64,000 nt of DNA. Origin: an uncultured Candidatus Saccharibacteria bacterium. GTDB lineage: Bacteria > Patescibacteriota > WWE3 > UBA101185 > UBA10185. The translations under genes and the position numbers were made by a program. Below the pieces are notes generated by a model. The model did no database searches. It was not told the DNA's origin and saw only the letters and a list, made by a program, of their open reading frames with translations. The DNA is taken from the NCBI GenBank assembly GCA_964396025.1, contig CAYNBT010000002.1, positions 37,030 through 101,029 on the forward strand, written 5' to 3'. Each line of letters opens with the position of its first letter. Within the stretch, counting starts at the first letter, position 1. Shown here one piece after another: positions 56,987 to 64,000 of the stretch.

Positions 56987-57430
56987 ATGTGTTATCAAGC
57001 TGAGTTTGTGATTACGGTACGTCCGATTAATGATCCCTTTAGATTTGCTTTTAGACAAAGTATACCATCCGATGTTTTTGATTTAATGACCTGTCCTGCG
57101 CATCTTTACCCTCATCTTTTTGTTCATGGTTTAGCTGTGCATGAAGATAGTGTTGATATTATTTTTCACTGCGCTTGTGGGGCCATACAAACGCTAGCGA
57201 TAGTAAATGTTGGTCATATTTACAGGCAGAACCAGCTCTCACTACACGCTAACGCACTTGCCGCTGGTTATACGTCCAAGGATGAGTATCCTCAATATAT
57301 ACTCGCAGAAATCCTTTTTGATATGATGCATTATATCAGGGCACAAGCGCGAATGGGTTATGCTATCAATGAGTATGCAAATGAGATAGGTAGACAAATC
57401 TATGAAGGGGCTGTTGAGCGTAAAAACTAA
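56987..57430 (+). CDS. Hypothetical orphan protein
   Basis: SD aaggagg 6 nt before the ATG at 56987; TTGCAA-17-TACGAT promoter; terminator downstream. Confidence 0.65.
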   Translation: MCYQAEFVITVRPINDPFRFAFRQSIPSDVFDLMTCPAHLYPHLFVHGLAVHEDSVDIIFHCACGAIQTLAIVNVGHIYRQNQLSLHANALAAGYTSKDEYPQYILAEILFDMMHYIRAQARMGYAINEYANEIGRQIYEGAVERKN

Positions 57431-57444
57431 GAGTCAAAATATTT

Positions 57445-57475
57445 AGGGAAATTCCACAAAGAGTTTCCCTTTTTT
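57445..57475 (+). terminator. Intrinsic terminator
   Basis: agggaaattc-cacaaa-gagtttccct followed by TTTTT. Confidence 0.75.
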
Positions 57476-58613
57476 ATGGGCGCCAAATATGAAATCCGTC
57501 GCGCCAAGGTAATAAGTAACTGTAATAAAACAACCAAAACCCCCCCGCCACCAACAGAAAGGTAAGAAATGCCTTGATCTTTGACGATTGCAATGTGCTG
57601 GCATAAGAATATGTACCAAGCAAAAACACAGGTAAGAACCACATAAGGTATGTTCTATTCAACACCGGCGTAAACAAGTAAAAGCACAAAAACGTTATAG
57701 TAATCAATATGTATTCATCCTGTAATAATTCAAACACTTTGCCAGTACGCAAAAGAGACGCAAGCAGTATTAATAACACACTAAGTATGGGTCCGCTAAA
57801 CATTGCCAAGTAGGTATAAACCTTGAATGGGATTATCTGAAAAAGTTCAACATCATAAAAGTAACTAATATAAAACAAAAACGGTCTGCCCTGAATAAAT
57901 CTCTCTCCGTGAATCAAAACTGAGCCTTCCAAAAATGTTCTAATATCATAAAAAAACGGTGCACAAATCGCTAAGCCTGTGATAATTGCTGCCGCCAAAA
58001 AATGCTTGGGGTTTTTGCTTTTTAACAAGAGCACGGGTAGTGCAATAATAGGGAAGGTTTTTACAGACACTGCTATTGCAAAAAAAGTTCCGGAAACAAC
58101 ACTGTCCTTTTTTAATGTAACTAATGCTGCCAGCATAAAAAATATCGGAAGTGGGTCCATATACACATAATTTTGTTTGAAGTAAAAATATGGATTCCAA
58201 AACCAAATCCACAACGCAGCAAGTAGCACAGCATAATTCTTCTGATACAAAAGCTTGTACAGCAGAATGCCAACACCTATATCGGCAAGCAAAACTGGTA
58301 TTTTTTGTAAGAACACTGTAGGCACTTTTGTTAGCAGCGACAATATAATGGCAACGCTGTTTATGTACATCAGCATTGGAAGATATGCAAACCCGTGACT
58401 TCCGGGATCATTAGGATTGTTGAATGATTGCACTGTACGCTCATAAGGGTTTCGGCCCTCCAGTAGGTCGGTGGAGGCGTCTGTGTATGCTTCTATATCT
58501 TTTCCAATTTGGGAGAACATTGGAATTCTATCTGCAATTGCTATTAGGAAGATTATGCATAAAATACCGTTTTTGAAGAGTTTTAGGTACATGTCTTTTT
58601 TATTCTGCACCAT
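57474..58613 (-). CDS. Multi-TM GT-C glycosyltransferase (GT87/PIG-M-like)
   Basis: DIEAY..A, NPY, FAYLP, MDPL, SVKTFP; about 10 TMs. Start uncertain (58613 or 58610). Confidence 0.75.
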   Translation of the reverse strand: MVQNKKDMYLKLFKNGILCIIFLIAIADRIPMFSQIGKDIEAYTDASTDLLEGRNPYERTVQSFNNPNDPGSHGFAYLPMLMYINSVAIILSLLTKVPTVFLQKIPVLLADIGVGILLYKLLYQKNYAVLLAALWIWFWNPYFYFKQNYVYMDPLPIFFMLAALVTLKKDSVVSGTFFAIAVSVKTFPIIALPVLLLKSKNPKHFLAAAIITGLAICAPFFYDIRTFLEGSVLIHGERFIQGRPFLFYISYFYDVELFQIIPFKVYTYLAMFSGPILSVLLILLASLLRTGKVFELLQDEYILITITFLCFYLFTPVLNRTYLMWFLPVFLLGTYSYASTLQSSKIKAFLTFLLVAGGFWLFYYSYLLPWRDGFHIWRP

Positions 58614-58653
58614 ATGAAAATACCACAAAGTAGTTAATTGGTATAATGTTCCC

Positions 58654-59931
58654 ATGCTGTCATCAAATATTAAGAATGCAGTTTTAGAAGGTAAGTTTAG
58701 AGTTACTCTGGATACAAGACTTCTGCAACATGGTGACTATTTTGCAGCCATAAAAGGCGAAAAGTTTGATGGTCATGATTTTATAGCTAAGGCTTTGGAG
58801 CTTGGTGCTGCTGGTGTTTTGGAAGAAGAAGAAATCTATCAGCTTTGTTCACTCAAGTTAAACAAGATTAAGCCAAAGATTGTAGCCGTTACAGGTTCAT
58901 CGGGCAAATCATCCACGGTTGCATTTGTGAGTTCTATTCTCTCAAAAAAATTTAAAGTAGCTGTGGGGAATCTTAATACAAAATTGGGATTAAGTACTAA
59001 TGTTCTTAACGACATGCCTCTAGCTTGTGACGTCTTCGTTGCAGAAATGGGTATGGATCAATACGGAGAAATTGCAAGAACTGCACGTATGTTTCCACCT
59101 GACATTGCTGTAATCACAACGATAAATGAAATGCATCTTGGAAACTTAGGATCTATGGAAAACATTGTTAAAACCAAGTTTGGTATAGTGGACGAACTCA
59201 AAGTAGGTGGCGCAGTGCTTCTAAATCATGCTAATGCACATTGTCTTGAGGAAGCAAAGAAATACCCAGACACGCGTATTTTATGGTTTGGTCCGGACAC
59301 TGCTGCTGATTTTAATTTTTCGAATATCTCGTTAGACCACACTAATATTTTGGGTGAGCACAACAAAATGAACTTGCTGGCGGCTATAGGTGTGGCAAAG
59401 ACCTTAGGAATGTCCAAAGACGAGATCATAGACGCGCTACCTGGCGTGACTTTGCCCAAGGGAAGATTAAACAAACTAGAAGGACATGCAGGAAGCACTA
59501 TCATTGATGACACCTATAACGCAGGTCCCGAATCCATGCATCAGGCACTTAAGGTTTTACACTCTTTTCCGGGACAAAGAAAAATAGCTATTTTGGGGGA
59601 TATGCTGGAGTTAGGAGAGCGAGAAGAATCTGCTCACAAGGCTGTGGCCAAGCAGCTAAGCGATGCAGGTGTTGACGTTCTTATCTGTTCTGGAATGTTA
59701 GCCAAGATCATTTTTGAAAATGCAGATGTTCACAATAAATATTGGATTGAAAACTCAACGAAATTTGACGAGTTCCAAAAATCCGTTGACTTAAATCTTG
59801 GAAAAAATGATGTGGTATTGGTAAAAGGCTCCCAAGGAGCCCGTATGGAAAAGATAGTGAGATTGCTTCTCAAGGATCCGAATGATGCCTGCAGGCTTTT
59901 GGTGCGTCAAGATAAACGATGGTTAAATTAA
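58654..59931 (+). CDS. murF: UDP-MurNAc-tripeptide D-Ala-D-Ala ligase
   Basis: DTR, FDGHDF, VTGSSGKSS, EMGMD, IDDTYNAGP, LGDMLELG, LVKGSQG. Confidence 0.95.
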   Translation: MLSSNIKNAVLEGKFRVTLDTRLLQHGDYFAAIKGEKFDGHDFIAKALELGAAGVLEEEEIYQLCSLKLNKIKPKIVAVTGSSGKSSTVAFVSSILSKKFKVAVGNLNTKLGLSTNVLNDMPLACDVFVAEMGMDQYGEIARTARMFPPDIAVITTINEMHLGNLGSMENIVKTKFGIVDELKVGGAVLLNHANAHCLEEAKKYPDTRILWFGPDTAADFNFSNISLDHTNILGEHNKMNLLAAIGVAKTLGMSKDEIIDALPGVTLPKGRLNKLEGHAGSTIIDDTYNAGPESMHQALKVLHSFPGQRKIAILGDMLELGEREESAHKAVAKQLSDAGVDVLICSGMLAKIIFENADVHNKYWIENSTKFDEFQKSVDLNLGKNDVVLVKGSQGARMEKIVRLLLKDPNDACRLLVRQDKRWLN

Positions 59932-60731
59932 TCTAGTCTTGTTGTGTATACAAAGTGTGCGCGTCCGTTATCTTTTTCCGTTACGGCCTTCACAAAGACA
60001 TCTAAAGATAACTCGATCTGGTTTGCTTCGTAAGCAGGATCCAAGACCTTAACAATTCCTTTGCCCGCTCCTGTTACACATACTAGATGCGTGCTTATCT
60101 GCCAACCATGAGAATATTTAGTCCTTATAACATCTTCTAAATGTGGTAGTTTGTGCATGTTTACGGAGGCAATTATCATGCTGTTGCTACTAAGTGTGTG
60201 GAGGGCCTCGATCAGAGAACTCATAAATGCATCAGGTGTGTTAAAAAACATTGTATTCGCTTGTGTAGGTTGATCCGTTGCTTTGAGCTCGTGCAGGGTA
60301 GACATTAAACCCTTTGATTCCAGAAAGGCTCTGATTCCACGAGCATCAGACCCCCTGTCCAGCAAAAAAGTAGGCAGATACTCGGTGTTGTTTGGTTCCT
60401 TGAATGTTAGCGTGTAACGATCGTTCTGTTCTTTATCGCCGCCAAAACTTTCTACTATTTCCTTTGCCTTTGCTGCATCCTCCAACGGTTGGTTGCCTGA
60501 GAACATTACAGGCACTTCAAATAAATCACCCTTATGTTCCATTTGAGCTTGGATGAACGGTTTGGAGAATTTATTGAATTTTACAAACTCTTTTGTAACA
60601 GCCTCTGCGGAGATGTTGCTATGAGGGTCCAATTGCCACAAGGTTTGGGCAATGCAACACGGGCCGCAAGCGCTTTTGCTTAATGCTATAGGTAAGCTCA
60701 GTTTGAATTGATATGCAGATTTGGTGTTCAT
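59928..60731 (-). CDS. C39-like (papain-fold) cysteine peptidase
   Basis: ACGPCCIAQ (Cys), THLVCVTG (His), VLDP (Asp). Start uncertain. Confidence 0.65.
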   Translation of the reverse strand: MNTKSAYQFKLSLPIALSKSACGPCCIAQTLWQLDPHSNISAEAVTKEFVKFNKFSKPFIQAQMEHKGDLFEVPVMFSGNQPLEDAAKAKEIVESFGGDKEQNDRYTLTFKEPNNTEYLPTFLLDRGSDARGIRAFLESKGLMSTLHELKATDQPTQANTMFFNTPDAFMSSLIEALHTLSSNSMIIASVNMHKLPHLEDVIRTKYSHGWQISTHLVCVTGAGKGIVKVLDPAYEANQIELSLDVFVKAVTEKDNGRAHFVYTTRLD

Positions 60732-60834
60732 AAAGCGTTTGGCAGGATCTAATTTTATTCTATTTGGTTCCCAAACGCAAAGTTGCAAATGGTAGGCGTT
60801 TTGTTATGATAAGAAAAATCTCAAGGAGGTTGAC

Positions 60835-61485
60835 ATGATTGACTCACCCAATTTTTACTCTCAGTTGTGGGCGTTTGAGGATCCTTTGTTGCGGCGCTTA
60901 ACTTGTGGTGTCACGTCTGCCGCTATGGTTATCTCTAGGTTAGGTAATCTCGGGGAATATGTGCTAGACAAGAATCTGGAAAGGTTTTTGGATTTGATTG
61001 TTAAGGGCCGTAAGACAACAAGGGAGATCCTGTGTCGTCCATTTACCTTGGCAGGGAATCAGGCGTTGATCCCAATTGCTTATGGTGATTTGCGCGATAA
61101 TGAGATTACCTCTGATGTTGTTGTGTTACCCCCGAACGCAGATCAGTATCTGCCTACTTACAGTCTGCGCTATGGGTACGATCATCGTTGTTCTGCATGG
61201 TTGTTCCAGCAATTTGGATTTCACGCAGGGCTGGTTACTGCAACATTTGATGAGGTTTATAGTATGTTTCGTACAGGCAAGTTGGCATATTTCTTGCCCT
61301 CTACTGTGTATGTGAACCCTGTTTCAGGTGGTATTGGATCTCATATAGTAGTGGTTGAGGAAGTTACACAGCGCGTGGTGTATACAGATCCGGTAAAAGT
61401 ATCTTATGCAGACGCTCGAACAACAATGCCGGCAGCTGGTTTTGCGGAAATTTACCGAGGCTATGGTACAGCTATCTATGCATAA
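60835..61485 (+). CDS. C39-like cysteine peptidase, paralog of the divergent gene
   Basis: YSQL...TCGVTSAAMV, SHIVVVE, YTDP; SD aaggaggt. Confidence 0.7.
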   Translation: MIDSPNFYSQLWAFEDPLLRRLTCGVTSAAMVISRLGNLGEYVLDKNLERFLDLIVKGRKTTREILCRPFTLAGNQALIPIAYGDLRDNEITSDVVVLPPNADQYLPTYSLRYGYDHRCSAWLFQQFGFHAGLVTATFDEVYSMFRTGKLAYFLPSTVYVNPVSGGIGSHIVVVEEVTQRVVYTDPVKVSYADARTTMPAAGFAEIYRGYGTAIYA

Positions 61486-61501
61486 TACCAACCACCTCAC
61501 C

Positions 61502-61533
61502 TAACCCCAGTATCAAAGAGTCTGGGGTTATTT
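61502..61533 (+). terminator. Probable intrinsic terminator
   Basis: taaccccag...ctggggtta followed by ttt. Confidence 0.55.
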
Positions 61534-61549
61534 ACCCTTAACATCGGTG

Positions 61550-62206
61550 TTAGTACTTTGCAAATTTTAACTCAAAACTATCCTCGTTTATTTCCAAGTA
61601 ATGCGCCAACCCAAAATTTACAAAACCCTCGTTAATAAACCTGTTTTCCAAATCCACTTCTGGATGATGGGTGTGTCCTGTTACCAAAATCTCTCCTTGT
61701 TTTAAGTGCTCAATTGCATATTTTTTTAGTTTTTTGTTTAGAATAGTTAGGAATGGTGAAGTGCTTGTTGTACCTATCAAACGCGCTTCAATAAAATATC
61801 TTAGTTTTTCAAAATGCACTGCTTTTTTGATATTCAATGCAAGTATATTGGGTCCTGCATTACCATAGAGAATCCTGTGCCCGTGCACAATGTAAAAAGT
61901 GTTAGATTCAGTTTGAATTTTGTATTGGTCAGTCTGTATTTTGCTAAACTGATTAACTCTGCTATCTGACCACCTAGCTTCATCATGATTTCCATAAATG
62001 TAAATTGCGTTTTTACTTAACATTAACGGGAACAACTTGTTCCATTCTGAATTGAAAAAGTCGTCAAAACTGTTGTGATAGTAACTCCACAAGTCTCCAT
62101 TGATTATCAACTGTTCGCACTGCGAAATGAGTTTTTGGAGGAATTCATATTTGGTCGGAACAAAACTAGGTAACAAGTGTAGATCGGACATAACAAGATA
62201 TTTCAC
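61550..62206 (-). CDS. Calcineurin-like metallophosphoesterase (LpxH/YfcE-like)
   Basis: SDLH, NGD, GNHD, VHGH, GHTH; GTG start. Confidence 0.9.
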   Translation of the reverse strand: MKYLVMSDLHLLPSFVPTKYEFLQKLISQCEQLIINGDLWSYYHNSFDDFFNSEWNKLFPLMLSKNAIYIYGNHDEARWSDSRVNQFSKIQTDQYKIQTESNTFYIVHGHRILYGNAGPNILALNIKKAVHFEKLRYFIEARLIGTTSTSPFLTILNKKLKKYAIEHLKQGEILVTGHTHHPEVDLENRFINEGFVNFGLAHYLEINEDSFELKFAKY

Positions 62207-62251
62207 GTTTACTATAATAGCACTGAATTTCAGCCAAGAAAAAACCTTGCT

Positions 62252-62280
62252 TTGACATCTCTGCGCCATCCCCCTATAAT
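62252..62280 (+). promoter_or_regulatory. Perfect-consensus sigma70 promoter
   Basis: TTGACA-17-TATAAT. Confidence 0.8.
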
Positions 62281-62304
62281 CCAGAAAATCTTACGGAGGT
62301 TGCT

Positions 62305-62655
62305 ATGGCTATGCAGAATGATCGTTCCACGGGTTTTGAGCTGTACACTGGTAAAACATTGATGTATTACGTTGTGTATGTTGGCACTAGTGCGACGCAT
62401 GGACCGGTTTACTTGATTGGTGCGTCCACATATCCTGAGCTTAACCGTGCAATCCAGAGTTTTTCTCATGAAGAGTGTGTGGACTTAAGTTTGCATTTTA
62501 CTGATGGAATCCCTTTGCCTAAAGAGGTTTATCGTAATCCGGGGCGTTTGTATTTGGGAGAATGGGATCAATTGGCATTGCGAAGTGCGCTAGCTGACAT
62601 TCACAATCACGACCACCCTGTAAATGTTCTGCTGAGATGGCTACAGACGCTTTAG
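62305..62655 (+). CDS. Hypothetical protein, paralog A
   Basis: SD ggaggt; C-terminal LYLGEW...HPVN.LL motif shared with the next gene. Confidence 0.7.
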   Translation: MAMQNDRSTGFELYTGKTLMYYVVYVGTSATHGPVYLIGASTYPELNRAIQSFSHEECVDLSLHFTDGIPLPKEVYRNPGRLYLGEWDQLALRSALADIHNHDHPVNVLLRWLQTL

Positions 62656-62702
62656 ACGTGGTGTTTTGTATACATCTTGTAAAGATATGTAAGGAGGTTT
62701 CC

Positions 62703-63026
62703 ATGTTGCTATATGGGCTTGAGATTTGGCATTCGCCAAAATTTGGGTATCTTCACTTAGCTTACGATCCTACTAAAAAAGCAGGTCGTTTTGCGCCCAC
62801 ATATTTGGTCAACGGTGATGCTGAAGTACCGCTAAAGGATCCGGTTGATTTATCCGAACCACTCAAATATAGCCAAGACATTGTTGCAAGCGCTATTCCA
62901 AGTGGTTGGGGTAGTTTGTATCTGGGAGAATGGAATCCTGAGAAGTTACAGCAGGGGCTTGCTGAGGATCCGGAGCACCCTGTAAACAAATTGCTCGCTT
63001 TGTTAGAGACAGAGCCCACGGTCTAG
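62703..63026 (+). CDS. Hypothetical protein, paralog B
   Basis: SD aaggaggt before the ATG at 62703; LYLGEW...HPVNKLL. Confidence 0.7.
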   Translation: MLLYGLEIWHSPKFGYLHLAYDPTKKAGRFAPTYLVNGDAEVPLKDPVDLSEPLKYSQDIVASAIPSGWGSLYLGEWNPEKLQQGLAEDPEHPVNKLLALLETEPTV

Positions 63027-63043
63027 TGACTCTTTGAGGTTAT

Positions 63044-63081
63044 AAAAAGGCGTGTTATGAGAAATTCATCAACACGCCTTT
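63044..63081. terminator. Bidirectional terminator between convergent orphan genes
   Basis: aaaggcgtgtt-atga...tcat-c-aacacgccttt. Confidence 0.7.
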
Positions 63082-63118
63082 ATTCAAGTATTTGAACTAC
63101 TTTTTATCTTTTACTCAT

Positions 63119-63511
63119 TTACATTTCAGTAGCGTAAAAAGTCCATACGTTTGTAGCGTCGTTCAGTTCCGGTACCAACTTATATCTAGCTTCGCCAATG
63201 TGTAAAATTGTATGCCTTTTTAGGAACAAAACCTGATAAGTGGACGTTACTTCAATGCGCAATTGAAACTCTTTGAGCAAGCGCGGTGCGTTGCAGGTAA
63301 CATACTGTTGTCCGCCTTTCTGGGTAGCGTGGATACTAGCTAAGTTGTGTGGAGTTTTTAACAAGATAGCTTGTGAAGGTAACACATTTTTTCTTGCATT
63401 TTGAACAACTGCGCTTACGGACAGACCTAGATTGGGATTTAATCTTTCGACCCAAGGTCCAACAACAGCGTCAACGAAATCCTGTACACTCAAATCATTG
63501 TGTATGGTCAT
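63119..63511 (-). CDS. Hypothetical protein
   Basis: SD aaggag upstream; 130 aa. Confidence 0.65.
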   Translation of the reverse strand: MTIHNDLSVQDFVDAVVGPWVERLNPNLGLSVSAVVQNARKNVLPSQAILLKTPHNLASIHATQKGGQQYVTCNAPRLLKEFQLRIEVTSTYQVLFLKRHTILHIGEARYKLVPELNDATNVWTFYATEM

Positions 63512-63532
63512 CTGGGTTTCTCCTTATCTTAT

Positions 63533-63778
63533 TTATACAAATTCTACTAGTGCAATGTTGTCGCACTGCAGTAACCACGGTGTTTCTTCTTGCCCTGCTT
63601 GAGGTGCAAAGGTTATCGCTAGCAGGGGAATGCCCTCAACAAATTTTGCGAATGGAGGATCAATTAAAATACCTACCAATGTATCTCCGCATAAGAGTGG
63701 CTGTTTAAACGTTAGCCTTACTGTGCGTGAAAGATCATGAGCACGCTTTAGCAACAGTTCAATGTCTGATTCGCTCAC
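63533..63778 (-). CDS. Hypothetical small protein (81 aa)
   Basis: GTG at 63778 after SD aaggagg; TGcTATAAT upstream. Confidence 0.6.
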   Translation of the reverse strand: MSESDIELLLKRAHDLSRTVRLTFKQPLLCGDTLVGILIDPPFAKFVEGIPLLAITFAPQAGQEETPWLLQCDNIALVEFV

Positions 63779-63819
63779 TTTTGCCTCCTTTTGTGTTTGC
63801 GGCATTATAGCATTGTGGG

Positions 63820-64000
63820 TTATAGGTTTTCTATCCAAGCCCGCAGAATCTTAACTGTTTTGTCTATGCTTTGAAGACTTACCCACTCGCCTGCGGTGTG
63901 ATTATCTTCCCCATAAGGTCCAAAGTTGATAACTGGGCAATCAAGTTGTTTGGCAAGAATGGCGGCATCGTTGTATCCGGCGAGTTTTGGATCCCCAAGC
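63820..64000 (-). CDS. M20 family metallopeptidase/deacylase (ArgE/DapE-like), C-terminal end (runs off the window)
   Basis: Not in the ORF track: ...YNDAAIL...INFGPYGEDNHTAGEWVSLQSIDKT...ENL*, matching the D-A...FGP..H..E tail of M20 enzymes. Confidence 0.75.
   Translation of the reverse strand, partial: LGDPKLAGYNDAAILAKQLDCPVINFGPYGEDNHTAGEWVSLQSIDKTVKILRAWIENL

Noticed and set aside
61499-61555. attC-like ends (ACCTAAC ... GTTAGTA) after an orphan gene
   Set aside because: The right end does not fit GTTRRRY or complement the left end, there is no integron integrase or repeated site, and a terminator explains the hairpin.
1-64000. CRISPR arrays, tRNA/rRNA genes, IS elements, alternative genetic code
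   Set aside because: No spaced repeats, cloverleafs or transposase motifs were seen by eye. TGA acts as a normal stop (for example in tpiA, mltG and rodZ-like), consistent with code 11.

Overview
Core-genome segment of a small-genome, low-GC bacterium. Gene content (shortened IF2, AlaS and HolA; nusA without rimP; FtsA-like plus baseplate-J-like pair; lone VirD4-like ATPase; sortase) points to Patescibacteria/CPR, probably the Microgenomates/WWE3 group; this assignment is inferred. Most genes lie on +. In order: a glycolytic cluster (pgk end, ferredoxin, half-size aldehyde:ferredoxin oxidoreductase, tpiA), envelope genes, hrcA-grpE-dnaK-dnaJ with a CIRCE, nusA-infB-rpsO-pnp, rnj, ftsK, alaS with a T-box, miaAB, RNase P RNA, mltG, ftsEX with an M23 peptidase, tsaE/tsaB, glycosylation genes, murF, and a run of orphan genes. 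I saw no tRNA, rRNA, CRISPR array, transposase or integrase. Top leads: (1) a minimal GAPOR/AOR-like two-gene module between pgk and tpiA; (2) a transcriptional Ala T-box with an ultrashort Stem I; (3) a circularly permuted M23 peptidase behind ftsEX; (4) a head-to-head pair of C39-like cysteine peptidase paralogs; (5) the FtsA-like/baseplate-J-like membrane module; (6) a Lon ATPase with no protease domain; (7) a sortase with a convergent VPDTG substrate; (8) apparently leaderless core genes contrasting with SD-led, self-contained orphan cassettes. All calls come from reading motifs by eye; no searches were run.
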